NCBI GenBank assembly: GCA_964016885.1
Contig: OZ024740.1
Location: 178,064,001-178,128,000 of the forward strand
DNA: 64,000 nucleotides
Source: Eledone cirrhosa
Lineage: Eukaryota
Direction: 5' to 3'
Part shown: positions 27,718 through 41,806 of the stretch, in pieces
Position numbering within the stretch: position 1 is the stretch's first letter
Layout: each line of letters begins with the position of its first letter
The notes under the pieces: model-generated
Seen by the model: the letters and a program-made list of their open reading frames with translations, nothing else
Told to the model about the DNA's origin: nothing
Database searches by the model: none
Translations under genes and position numbers: made by a program

Positions 27718-30700
27718 TCGTTTTACGTCCATTCTTCCACGCTAGCATGGGTTAGACGGGTTGTCCTGTTGTGGGCAGTGTCCGGTCGGCTGACTTTGTC
27801 TTGCTCATATGGGAACTGGTTTTGGCTTGATTTCTACAGCTGGATGCCCTTCCTAACACCAACCTCATTTACAGTGAGTGCTGGGTGCTTTTTTTCCGTG
27901 GCGCCTACACATCCACTTTACAGTGGGGGCTGGGGGCTTTTTTGCTGTGGCACCTCCACGACCACTTTGCAGTGGAATGATAGGGACCCCAGTCCTATCA
28001 CCTCATTTCTACAGCTGAGTACACTGGAGCAATGTGAAATAATGTGTCTTGCTCAAGGAAACAACACATCACCCAGTCAGAGTATTGAACTCACAACCTT
28101 ATGATTGCAAGCCCAATGCTCTAACCCCTAAGCCATGCACGCACACACACACATACACATAGATATACACACACACATACACAAACAAACACACACATAT
28201 ATATATATCTTCACCATCTGATGTTTATTTTCCATGGTTACAATGAGTTAGATGGCTGATGTATGCTGAAGTCAGACCAGTCAGGTGACTAGGTCTTGCT
28301 TTGTTCTTTAGCTTGCTTTCTATAGCTGAATGTTCTTCCTAATGCCAACTACTTTACAATGTGTACTGGGAGTATTTTATCATGAATCCAGCACCAGCAA
28401 TGTAGACAGTGTGCTTTTCATTATGGCACAAGTAATACCACTATAAATCATGGACTGCGTGTTTTTGTTATGGCAACAGCACCTCCTCATTACAGCAATA
28501 AGATGCTCAGTTTCCTTAGTCTTGCTGGAGAGACACTGAAGAGGATTCAGACTGGGGTACAGACATTGTACAGCTGGAAAGAGTGTTGGGTCATGGAGGT
28601 AGGCTTGGAGCAAATAGACAGTGTATGACATATTATGGGGTGTGTCTATTTTCCATGCTTCCATGGGTTAGATGGATTGTCACAGTTGTAGTGCACCTGA
28701 GCACTGTACACAATAATTTCATTATTATTATTATTATACACCCTCCCACTGCAAGGTGGTCGTGGAGGTGCCACGGCAAAAAAGCACCCAGCCCACACTG
28801 TAAAGTGAATGTGTAGGCGCCACGAAAAAGCACCCAGCACTCACTGTAAATGAGGTTAGTGTTAGGAAATCAAGCCAAATCAGTTCCTGTATGAGCAAGG
28901 CATGGTCAGCCGACCAGACACTGCCCACAACAGGACAACCTGTCTAACCCATGCTAGCGTGGAAGAACGGACGTAAAATGGTGATGATGATGATGATGAT
29001 GATACTGAAGCTACTCATTGTGTATATAGCCATGTTAGGATAACAAACTGGGTAATATAAGATGAGATTAGAGACAAGCTACATGTTGCTTGCTGAGGCT
29101 AGGGAAGGGCTTCATTCCACAGTAGGAGAATGAAGGATAAGGAGGAAGACTAAGGTGAGGGATTTAGATAGTGAAGGAAAAAGGAGTGCATACATATCCA
29201 CTCCAAGGCTACTGCTTGACTAGAAACATAATCTATAGATGCACAGTTACAAGTTTTAATAGTGTTAAGTCATACATAGGAGCTACTTCTGGGGAGTTCA
29301 AGACTAGATTTCAAGCGCATCTCCACTCTTTTAGGAATAGGAAACTTAGATACTCTACATCCCTCGCTAATTATATTACGACCCAATTAACTGACTCCAA
29401 CATTAGCTACACCACACAATGGGAAATTGTGAACCAAGCAACACCTTATAATTTCAAAAAAAGCTGCCAGCTCTGCCTAATGGAACTGTATTATATAGTG
29501 AAAGCACCCCAGGAACTCATAAATAGTCGGGCCGAAACAGTCATCAATTGCAGCCACCGACTACAACAATCATTCTACAGATGGACCCCAGCAACTGAAT
29601 AACCACAATAATACCCAAGGCTCTCAACACCAAACTCTGGCCTGACCTGCCGGCAGTAGGTTTACCATTATACAACGTGGAATAACACCATTATCTACCC
29701 ACCGTTTTCCCACCAGGAAGCTGCACAGCATCTATCCAATTGGGCCCACTCTGCTATATTCTTCCTCTTGGCCGGACAAGGTTTAAGTAATCTTACGAAC
29801 TCGATGCCTGAACCCAAGTAACTTCTTAGATAATTGATCATATGAACATACAACTTCAATCCAAATTGACATTATTTTTCTAGGCCTTCAAATTCGCACT
29901 CCAACGTGCCCCCATGCATTAGGTATAACCGTGTGCAGTGTTTAACAACATTACCAAAAGTCTATCATATTCACACCTAAACACTGCATCATTTATACTG
30001 AGTTGACCAACCCCACATATGTTAATTCCATTTAAATAAAAAAAAATTTTTTCCATTCAAAATTAATGCAGTAAACTTTCTAAGGGCACCGGTAATTACC
30101 TCCCTTAGCGAATTATACACCTTTCACCGTATTTATACCCATAACATCTAAAATCACAATGCATGGCGATGTGATATTATTATACCCTTTCAGGGTTTGT
30201 AATTAAGGACTTTGCTATAGTAGTATCTGCCTCCGACGAGCCCCACTAGTCGAAACATGTGTAAGATACTACTATAGCAAAGTCATTAATTACAAACTCA
30301 TAATTTGCTGAAACAATGTGGCTATGTTGTAAGATTATGAATAAATATACTTCATTCACACGCGTATATATATAAAGTTATGTTTTAACAGGTTGTAACT
30401 CTTTCATTCACTCATTCTTTTGCTTATTCCAGCTCTGCTTAATCTTTACACTAAATATTAACTTTCTCTAATATTTAACCCTGATAACCCAAGCATTGAG
30501 CACATTATGCATCTGCTTTTGGCATGTAATATTCTATATCACACCTCTCTATATCTCTTTTTTCTATCTTCTCTTATGATACTGTAACCTATTATATATT
30601 TATATATATACGCGTGTGAATGAAGTATATTTATTCATAATCTTACAACATAGCCAGATTGTTTCAGCAAATTATGAGTTTGCTAACTTCATCAGAGGGA

Positions 30701-32274
30701 AAAAAAATCTACTTTTACTATACTTTATGATAATTATTGAGCCTTTCTTTTTTATGGGCTAGTGGGCTACTCAGATCACAAGGTGTGATCATACATTTGT
30801 GTGATCATACATTTGTGCGATCATACATTTGTGTGTTCTTGCATGTTTTGCATGTGTGTGTGGGTAGCTGTGTGTATGTATTTGTGTGTTTATGTTTATT
30901 CCCTTTATTTGAAATTCAACATACAATTAGAACAATTATAATAACAAGTGCAACAGATACAACAACAGCTACAACAACAAATTCAACATCATCGTAAAGC
31001 AAAGTATGTTGTTTTTCTATCCTACCTAGGTTTAAAAAAGAAAGCTACTAATAGTTTTTGGCAGGGTTTCAATGTCCCTTCATATGGAAGGACATGAAGC
31101 AGACCTGAATGGACATTGCTCTTCCCCTCGGACATTCCAGCAGCTTTCTTCATCAATACAACACTTGAAGGTTGAGTAATGTTAGATTCCTATACAGAAA
31201 GAAAAATGCTACAATTATATATAATAACAGAATTAGCTCAAGTAAATTCACAAGTTTGACAATATTATAACAGTAGCACCAGTAATAATAATAAAAAAAA
31301 TAATAATGATAATGATTTCTTTATTAACCCCAAAGGGTTTACATCAAGAAAAACATTATGACAGTACAGGACAAAAACATGGTGTGTAGGTTTTGTGTGG
31401 AAACAAATTTAACAATGTTAAAAAAAAAGAAGATAATAAAATTAAAACAAAGAAGGTTCCTCAATAGGGAGATGTTCAAGGGTTACTCGTAGAAAAATAC
31501 AGACTAAACATCTGAAAAGTGAAATATCATAGGATTGGTTGAGAAAGGAAGATATGGAGAGAGAGAGCTGAAGGGTTTGCTTTTAGCCATCCAGGACCAA
31601 GCCCTAGGCACCAACTCAAGGAATCTTTTGACCTATGATAAAATACATTACCTAAAAGCAGATGTGGAGGTAGAGGAACGATCCAACTAGAGCTTTCATA
31701 CAGGATATCGACCATTGGACTCAATCAGTACCTTAAAACCACAGATGGCTGGATGATGAAAATGGTCACAGGTCTCAAAAGGAAGAAGAGGTTACGTTCA
31801 GTCACAGAGCAAAGTAGGAAGTTTGTGGAAGAATTGGGAATGCAGTTTGAAAATAATGTCAATTCTGCAATTAAAGCTGCAAAGAATATCAAATTGTTGA
31901 CAAAACATGAAGGCCAACAGAGACTGTGCACTAAATGGAAGCAAAAACCAATGCATCGGCAATATGTTCTCTGTAGCAAAGAACCTGATGTAGATCAAGC
32001 TCACACCCATCAGTGGCAGAGAATGAGGGCTTCATTTTGGCTGCACAAGACCAGTGTCTCCCAACATGCAACTTTCAAGCCAGTGTGGTCAGAAATGGAA
32101 TTGACCAAAAATGTCGATTCTAGTTTTGTATCTATGGCTGGATGCCCTTCCTAACATCAATCACATTACAGTGTAAAAATAATAATAATAATAATTGTTT
32201 CTACTTTTGGCACAAGGCCAGCAATTATCCCAGTGTATTACTGGTACTTTATTTTATCGACCCCGTAAGGATGA

Positions 32275-32306
<32 letters not shown>

Positions 32307-35300
32307 AATAATATATATCGTTATGGAATCGCTCCCGTTAGTTTTTGATTTTTAATTATTTAAAACAACTGTGATAGAATAATTCTTATTACAAATGAAG
32401 TATAAGATTACATTTTCTACGCTCAGCAAGCCACAACGCATCACTTTACGGCATAGGGCCCCAATATTTAATATTTAATTTTGGATCAGAAATGTTATAG
32501 TTGAAAAAGAGGAAAAGGGCAAAATGGCTAAGTGACAGGCAAATAATTTCACCACCAACATCACCACCGCCACCATCACCACTACCACGCCAAAAACTCT
32601 AGTCAAGTTACCTCAACTTCTATTTCAACTTCAACACCATCACTACAGTACTACGATCACATCACCACCACCACTGCCTCATTATCGCTACCGCCGCTAT
32701 TCTCTCCCACTACCTCCTGCTAAGTACTACTAGCACAGCACCACCACCACCACTACTGCCTTATTATCGCTACCGCCGCTATCTCTCCCACTACCTCCTG
32801 CTAAGACATGCATCATAGTGTCCCCACTAAAAGAGGAAGGCATCAAAAGATATAAATAGACTGATTTGATGACTCGGTAAAAAAATCAAAAAAACAAAAA
32901 TCAAAATCAAAACAGCACAGCAACAATGAAAAACGTAAAGAAAAGAAAAATGAAAAGAAAGACAAATAGACAGACAGAGAAGGAAGGAAATAAAACAAAA
33001 AAACTAAGTCAGACATTCAAACATTACATTACAATGAAACTTATGCTTATTCTTTTTTGGGGGGTTTTTACCTATTTGTTTGTTTGTTTATTTGTGTTCG
33101 TCTACAGCGTGATAGTGCCACACTAAAATCACCGGGGGTGATGAAATCATGGGAGGTGATGAAATCACCGGTGGTTATGTAACCATACATTCACCAATCC
33201 TCGATAAGAGTGTTTAAATGTCGAACCTAAACAGTTCGAATAACGGTGAAGTGGAGACTGGAATGTTATGTGACAGACTCTCACCCAGCAGGTGCTCCCT
33301 GGCTCAGCAGCAGGGACCTGGCTGTCAACCAAATACTGCTGGTGTCGGAGGAAGAAGAAGAATGAAAGGGACCAGAACCAACTGGACGAAAGAATTGAAT
33401 AGAACTGTTATGCAATGTTACCTGAAGAGTAACCCCAAGGAGAAAGGCTATAGGAAATGGATGCATAACATCTGGAACAAGATTGGTCTATTTAAATTAG
33501 ATGAACAAAAATTGGCCGGGCAGGCTCGAGTAATAAGAACTAATGGGTGGATAAGCGAGCTGGAACTGGAGGAGCTGAGCAGAGAGATTAGGTTGGAAAT
33601 GGAGGGAGGAGTATGCCAGGCAAACGAGCCAGTGGGAAATGAAGGTGAAGAGGTTGAAAGAACGGAGGAACCATCCGAAGCAGACAATGATCTGAATGCT
33701 GAAATAAATAATACCTGGAACAGAGATACGGCCATTGAGGAGATGAATGCTGACGGGCTAGGACAAGATTTGGTTGATATCCTAAACTTAGTGGTAGATG
33801 AATTGAACAATGATAGTGGGAAACCTATGAACCTAAGATTTGTAGACAGGAAAAAGTTAAAAGAAACAACAGCTATGGTAAACAAAGTCATCCCACACCT
33901 TGAGGCGAGGAGCCTTCACCAGTGCAATAATATCCTCAAAGCAACAGCAAATGCGGTGAGGAAACTACTTGGCATAAAAGCGAGAGGAAACAACAAACAA
34001 GAAAGATCAGAACCTTGGTGGAAGAAACGACTGAATGGTCAAATCAGGGAAATGAGAAATGACATTGGAAAGCTTGAGTCCCTACTGAATGGGACACTAA
34101 AAAACATAGACACTAAAAATAGACTGGAAATAAAGTACAAAACTAGGAGGAAAAAGCTAAATATTATCATAGAGGAACTGAAGCAACACATTGTAGCAAA
34201 GAGTGCAAAAATTAGGCGGTACGAGAGCAGAGTCAGTCGGTATAGACAGAACCGCATGTTTGACAACAACCAGAAGATGCTGTTTGGACAGCTTGAAGGG
34301 AAAGAAAGAGGCAACGACTTGATCCCTGAGGCGGAACAAACTAAGACATTCTGGAGAGGAATATGGGAGCAGGATGTTAAACATAATGACCAGGCAGTGT
34401 GGATTGAGACAGTACAAAAGGAGATTAGTGAACAGACACGCCAACAAACCGATTTGAGTATCACAGTTGAAACTCTTAAGGGGCAGGCCAAAAAACTAAC
34501 CAACTGGAAATCACCAGGCCCAGAGGGTGTGCAGGGGTATTGGATTAAAAATATAACATCCCTCCACCCGAAACTGACAACCATGTTCAATGACTGCTTG
34601 ATGTTAGGTGAGGTACCAGAGTGGTTGACAAAAGGTACCACAGTTCTGGTAATGAAAGACCGAATCAAGGGTAATGATGTTACCAACTATAGACCTTTCA
34701 CATGTCTGTCCGTAATGTGGAAACTGTTGACAAGCATTATGTCTGAACAACTGGCGGTGGATTGGCAGTATCGGTAGAGGGTCGGACGCCATGCTTTCCA
34801 GCATAGTTACGTCCCTTTACGATCTGAGTTCAAATCCCGCCGAGGTTGACTTTGCCTTTCATCCTTACGGGGTCGATAAAATAAAGTACCAGTAATGCAC
34901 TGGGTAATTGCTGGCCTTGTGCCTAAAGTAGAAACAATTATGTCTGAACAAATCTACCATCACCTCCACACAAACAACTTGTTACCGGACGAACAGAAAG
35001 GATGCCAAAAGAAGTCCCGTGGTACAAAGGACCAGTTACTTATTGATAAGATGGTAATGAGGAATTGCAAGAGGAGACACACTGGTCTTGCCATGGGATG
35101 GATAGACTACAAAAAGGCATTTGACATGGTGCCTCATTCTTGGATCACCAAAAGCCTAGAGATCTTCAAGGTGGCAGATAACATCAGACAGTTGTTGGGC
35201 AAAAGTATGAAGTCCTGGAAAACAGAGTTAACATCAGCTGGAGAATCCTTGGGAGGCGTGAAGATCAAGAGAGGTATCTTCCAGGGAGGTAGTCTGTCCC

Positions 35301-38300
35301 CTCTGTTGTTTGTCCTTGCCCTGATGCCCCTGACCATTATACTGCGAAAAGTGAGAGCAGGATACAAGTTGGGAAAGGGAAAGCTTATCATTAAATCACC
35401 TCCTCTTCATGGATAATCTTAAGCTCTTCGGGAAGAGTGAGAAGGAGTTGGATGTGCTTGTTGACACTGTCCGTATTTTCAGCAATGATATATGTATGCA
35501 ATTTGGTATTAGTAAGTGTGGAGTCCTTGTGATGAAGAGGGGTAAATTGAGATGATAAAGGAAATTGACACTGAAGAAGGATACAAGTATTTGGGTGTTC
35601 TGGAGGCTGATGACATCAAGAACAAAAAAATTAAGGAATTGATAAGATCTGAATACATTCGGAGAGTAAGGAGCGTATTAAAGTCACATCTGAACAGTAG
35701 GAATGCCATAAGTACAGTAAATTCCCGAGCTGTGTCTATTATTAGGTACAGTGCGGGAATTCTGAGATGGAATGTTGCTGAACAAAAAGAAATGGATAGG
35801 AAGACAAGGAAGCTATTAACTATCTACAACATGTTCCACAAGAGGAGTGATGTCGATAGACTCTACTTAAGGAGATCTGAGGGTGGAAGATGTCTTATCA
35901 GCATAGAGGACTGTGTTCAGATGGAGAAAAACAACCTACACAAATACGTGACTGATAGTAAGGAGCCAATGCTCAGAATTGTACTGAAGGAGAGGACAAT
36001 AGACCAGGGGATGTCCAAGGAGGAAATAACAACAAGAAGAAAGAGCAGCCTTCATGAAAAATCCCTTCATAGTACCTTCTTTGAGAAAACTGAATTTAGA
36101 GATCCGCAGACATGGAACTGGTTGAAAAGAGGAGACCTTAAAAAGGCTACAGAATGAATGCTAATGGCTGCGCAAGAGCAGGCCCTCAAAACGAAGTGGT
36201 TGAAACACCATATTTACAAGGAAGAGGCTAGCCCGCTGTGCAGGATCTGTGGAGAGAGAGAGGAGACTGTGGCTCACATTGTATCCAAGTGTAAACACCT
36301 AGCCCAGACTCACTATAAAGGCTGGAGACATGATGTGATGAGCAGGGTGATCCACTGGCACCTATGCAAAGTAAACAATTTACCACATTCTGAGAAGTGG
36401 TATGAGCATAAGCCAGAGTCGGTAATAGAAAACGATCAGGTGAAGGTGCTGTGGGATTTTAGGATACAGACGGACAAGAAACTGGAACACAATAGACCTG
36501 ACCTGGTGGTTTTGAACAAAGAAAAAAGATTGTGCTTGATTGTGGATGTGGCCTGCCCATTCGACACGAGAGTGCAAGAGAAGGAGAGGGAGAAAATTAA
36601 CTGTTACCAGGACTTAACGTGGGAGGTAAAAAGGATTTGGAACTGCTATGAAGTCAAAGTGGTCCCGATTGTCATAGGCGCACTAGGTACTATCTCAAAA
36701 AGTTTCCAGGGATGGTTAAAGAAAATTGGCCCCACCCCGCTTTTTGGAACGCTTCAAAAGGCATGCTTGCTGGGAACAGCAAGAACCCTCCGATACGTCC
36801 TGAATATCTGAGGCTGCAGATAGTGGCTTGATATTCATTTCAACAAACTTTCCAGTTAACTAACATAAATGACTGAGACTCAGAACAATAATGAAATAAT
36901 AATAATAATGATTTCTACTATAGGCACAAGGCCAGCAATTTTGGGAGCAAGGGAATGTTGTTTAAATCGACCCCAGTGCATTACTGGTGCTTTATTTTAT
37001 CGACCACTGGATTTGAAATTAGAGCATAAGGAGCCATAACTCTATGCCATGAAGCATGGTGCCCGGCACTCTACTGATACTGCTAATCCTCTGCAAATGG
37101 TGTTGAGAGGAACATAAAGACAATAGAAATAGAGTGTCCAGTGGTGATATTTCAAAAAGTTTGCTTCTTTGGCCTGACTAGAATTATCAGGCAAGTACTA
37201 GATAGTTGAAGAGAACAAATAACATGGTACTGTAGGCTGCAGGTAGCAAGCCTGCTACTTATGCAAGAATATAGGAATTCCAATAAAGTGTGAGATATAA
37301 GAAATAATAATTGTTTCTACTTTTGGCACAAGGCCAGCAATTAATCCAGTATATTACTGGTACTTATTTTATCGACCCCGTAAGGATGAAAGGCAAAGTT
37401 AACCTCGGCGGGATTTGAACTCTGAACATAAGGGGCCGTAACTCTTTGCTGCAAAGCATGGTGTCTGACCCTCTACCAATACTGCCAATCCACCATTTCT
37501 TTTATTTTCCACAAATGCATTGAATGAGGGTGACATTACAAAGACAGATTACTGAAATTATGTGTGTGCATGTGTGGAAAGAGAGGAGGTTACATAAATA
37601 TTGGATGATAAAAAAAAAAGAATAAATAGTATACATCAGTGGTTCCCAAAATGGGCTCCGCAAAGGAGTGTCTAGGGTTCCGTGAAAAATGGTAGAGTAG
37701 TATATTTATATTACGACCATATAACAGTATTAAACTATGGAGTTCTCCCAAAAGTTTATGAATCAAAACGGATCCCACGTTTGAAAAAATTTGGGAAACC
37801 CTGGCATACATCATCATCATCATTGATGATGATGATGTATACCAGGGTTTCATCATTGATGATGATGTATACCATCATCATTATCATTTTCCATCCGCTT
37901 TTCCCTGCTTGCAAGGGTGGGATGGGTCCTTTTCAGCATAGCATCTCTCCATTTGTCACGGTCCTTCGTCGTCTCCTCTGTAAGCTTCAGTGATCTGTGG
38001 TCAGCTCTCACCACCTCTGCCCATGATTTTCGTGGTCTTCCTCTACTGGGTCTGCCTTCCACTGGGATTTCTAGGCACTTCTTTACCCAGCTGTCATCCT
38101 CCATGTGCATTACATGTCCATACCAATGCAGTCTTCTCTCTCGCACACTATAATTTATCCTTCTTATACACAGTTTCACTCTCAACTTGTCACGGACATT
38201 GACATTGCACATCCATCGGAGCACACGTGCTTCCTTTCTCTCCAGCCATCACATATCCTCTGCATTTGCTGCCAATGTCTCACTACCATGCAACACTGTG

Positions 38301-41300
38301 CATCTCACATTGATGATGATGATGTACACATTATATTTGTATTCTTTACACTTTTTCTAATCTGATATTTTTACCCTGCCTACACACACACACACACACA
38401 TTTTATGCAACTAGTCGTTTTAATGTCCCCACCTCATTCAGCACTCTTGTGACAAATAAAAGAAATCATTATTAAAAGGACTGGAAAGAAACATCACATG
38501 CTCACTGATAAACATCGCAAACCACTTTGTCCAAAACCCCCTAAAAAGTAAAAAAAACTATCAAAAAACAAGGATTTTAAAGCCTAAATAAACAAGACAT
38601 GCGACATGAGGGTAAAACTAGTGCCAATAATAATCAGGAAATAAAAAATTATGAACAAAAATATAGAAACCATACCGAAGTTCAAAATATGCTTGAACAT
38701 CCCACATCCTTTACAAGACATTACGAATTCAATTGCACTCAAAGAGAACAATTTCTACACACCCTATACAATAATCATCTAATAAAACAAAACAACATAA
38801 CTTAAACAACATATACTCTATGATATTAATACCCAATAAAATAATTGTTTCTACTTCAGGCACAAGGCCAGCAATTTGAAGGGGAGAGGAAAGTCAATTA
38901 AATCGACCCCAGTACTTACTGGTGCTTTATTTTATCGACCCCGTAAGGATGAAAGGCAAAGCTAACCTCAAATACAACTCACTTTACACACAAAAGAACA
39001 AATACTAAAATATCAGCAGAAACATCAAGATAAACACCATAACAAAACATGACTGAAGTAGCATACTAACAAAAGTCTATATTCCTTTCTCCTACAAAAA
39101 TAAGAGCATGCAATACTGCACAAATCTCAGGGGCATCTCGTGATGAAGAAGAATCTCTCATGAAACTGTTGTAGAAATGATAATAACAATAATGATGATA
39201 ACAATGATGAAGATAACAATTTATTTTATTGGCCCCAAATAACCACAAGATGTTGGGAAGAGAAATGGATGAAATACAAAAACAGACAGTGAATTGCCAG
39301 TTATTAGAAACTTGCATTATTTGTTCTGGTGATGGATTGGCAGTATCGGTAGAGGGTCGGACGCCATGCTTTCCAGCATTGTTACGTCCCTTTACGATCT
39401 GAGTTCAAATCCCGCCGAGGTTGACTTTGCCTTTCATCCTTACGGGGTCGATAAAATAAAGTACCAGTAATGCACTGGGTAATTGCTGGCCTTGTGCCTA
39501 AAGTAGAAACAATTATTTGTTCTGGTGATTTGAATTGTGAGTGCAAATCTCACTAAGGTAAACTTTACCTTTCATCCTTTTGAAGTTAATGAAAAAGTAC
39601 CAGTCAAAGGCAGTTTGATTGGATGAATTGTTGGAACGTTGGACAAGATGCCGTGCGGTAAATGTTCTGGCTCTTTGGTTTGAGTTCAAATCTTTCTGTG
39701 GCCTACATAAGTGGTAGCCTTAAATCAATTGCTCAGTTTAATACCACTACCAGAAGTTGCAAAAGTTAAATAGTATCAGCAATTGGAAAGACCAATTAAA
39801 ACATTGTTTCCTTGGTTTGATCTGACGAGTTCCATCCCACTCAGTAAGCGAATGATGTCTGGGATCTTAACAATTCAATTCAGAATACCACTATCAGACC
39901 CAAATAATCCAATCTATTGCAAATATTCAAGCTATAACTCAGGATAATTTCCTCCCTTCGTTCTACCAGTCTTAAATATCCCTGAATAGAGTCATGGGCA
40001 TTACTTTTCTGTCTCTGACTAAAACAGCAAAATAAATAAATAAATAACAAGTGAGGGAGGGTTTAGATCAATTAAAGAAGGTGACATTAAGAAGAAAGAA
40101 GCACACACAAAATAAATGGCAATATAATTGGATAGTACCATCACTTTGGGAGGAATTGTTAAAAATTGAAAGAGATAAAGAGATGTATCATCAGTACATA
40201 CAGTTTCCTCTCCTTCGGCTTTTTTGTCAAGAACAGCAACAAACTTTGCAGGAATTGGGCTATTGTTGTGAAGGATAGCAAACTGGATTAAGTCACAGCC
40301 GTAATAGCAGTAACCAAACTGAATCTTTTCAGTAACTTTCTCTGTTTCTGGATCCAAGAGTTCCAATTTCTGGTATATTACACATCCTGAGATGACCACA
40401 TGACGCGTTTCACTATTTTCAAGTTTCACTCTAGTAAAAAAAAAAAGAAATTAATAAAAAATTAAAAATTAAACATAAAGAAACAATATAGTCTTATATA
40501 TTGGCAAAGGCATGGATGGCTGTGTGTTTAAGGAAGTCTCTTTACAACTACAGTCTGTTTACTTTTTACGCGAACTTGAAGTACGTGAATTCGCTTTAAC
40601 GTCTCTTGAAAAAATATCATTAAATATTCACTTGGCACAAATAATGAACTTCAATGTTTGTGGTTTTTTTATTTTTTTCTCAGAAAATTAGACTTAAATT
40701 ACACAATTTTGCCTTAAGCGCAGCGTTCACAAATGCATCTTCACATAAAAAGCGAACAAACTGTATATGGTTCCAAGATTTGTTATCAATGAAGTGCACA
40801 TTCAACAATTGTTCTCTACCATTGCTCTAACAATCCTGCCAATATACCTCCTCAAATTGGTATTTTATTTTATTGATCATGGAAGGCAAAGTTGACGCTA
40901 GTGGTATTTGAAATCAAAATGTTAAAAAAAAAAAAAAATAGGGAGAAATACCAAAAATCATTTTGTTTGAATGTTTTGTTGTTCTGTTAATCTATTTCCC
41001 TAGTTTGGTACTTTACTTTACTGATGGTAGGATAAAAGGCAAAGTTGACAGGAGTTAAAACTAGAAAATAAAGAGCTAGGACAAATAGATATTTTGACAA
41101 CTGTTCTAATAATTCTAACAATCCACTACCTTTGGGTTGGTATGGTCAAGTTAATTTTGTAAAGGTGATGTCCGAGCATGGCCACATAGTCTGATGACCA
41201 AAACTATCTATGAGTTATTGTTTTATGTTCATTTTTCCATGCTTAAATGAGTGTTAAGCAACTGAGTTAGCTAGTTTGCCACAGGACTACCCCACAGATA

Positions 41301-41709
41301 CTACTGGTACTCATGTTCAGGTGAGTGAATATAAAATGAAGTGTTTGACACAACATATCACAATGTTCTTGGAATTGAACTCACGACCTTATGATCATAA
41401 GCTCAATACTCTACCCCATCCATATGCCTTCACACTGAAACCAGTAAAAGAATAAAAGCTTATCAATTTCTTAAAAATAAAATAAAATGTCACTAAGCAA
41501 TTAATAGTTGTTAGACTCAATCTAAGTCATAATTGAGCAGATCTATGATGAAAGATGTTCTGATCATGACCATCCTATCTTTCCATATATCTGGTACAGC
41601 ATTGCCATAGATATGCATTTGTAAGATAGTAAGGTGTGTTCTGAGGGAACTGATTTGCTATTTCTAGGTCAAGCCAAGCTATCATGAAGAAGCTCCTGCA
41701 CTCACCAGG

Positions 41710-41806
<97 letters not shown>

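Noticed and set aside
33100-33217. HDV-like ribozyme in the Dong/R4 5' UTR
   Set aside because: Only a short GGTGATGAAATCA duplication is visible; the nested pseudoknot could not be built.
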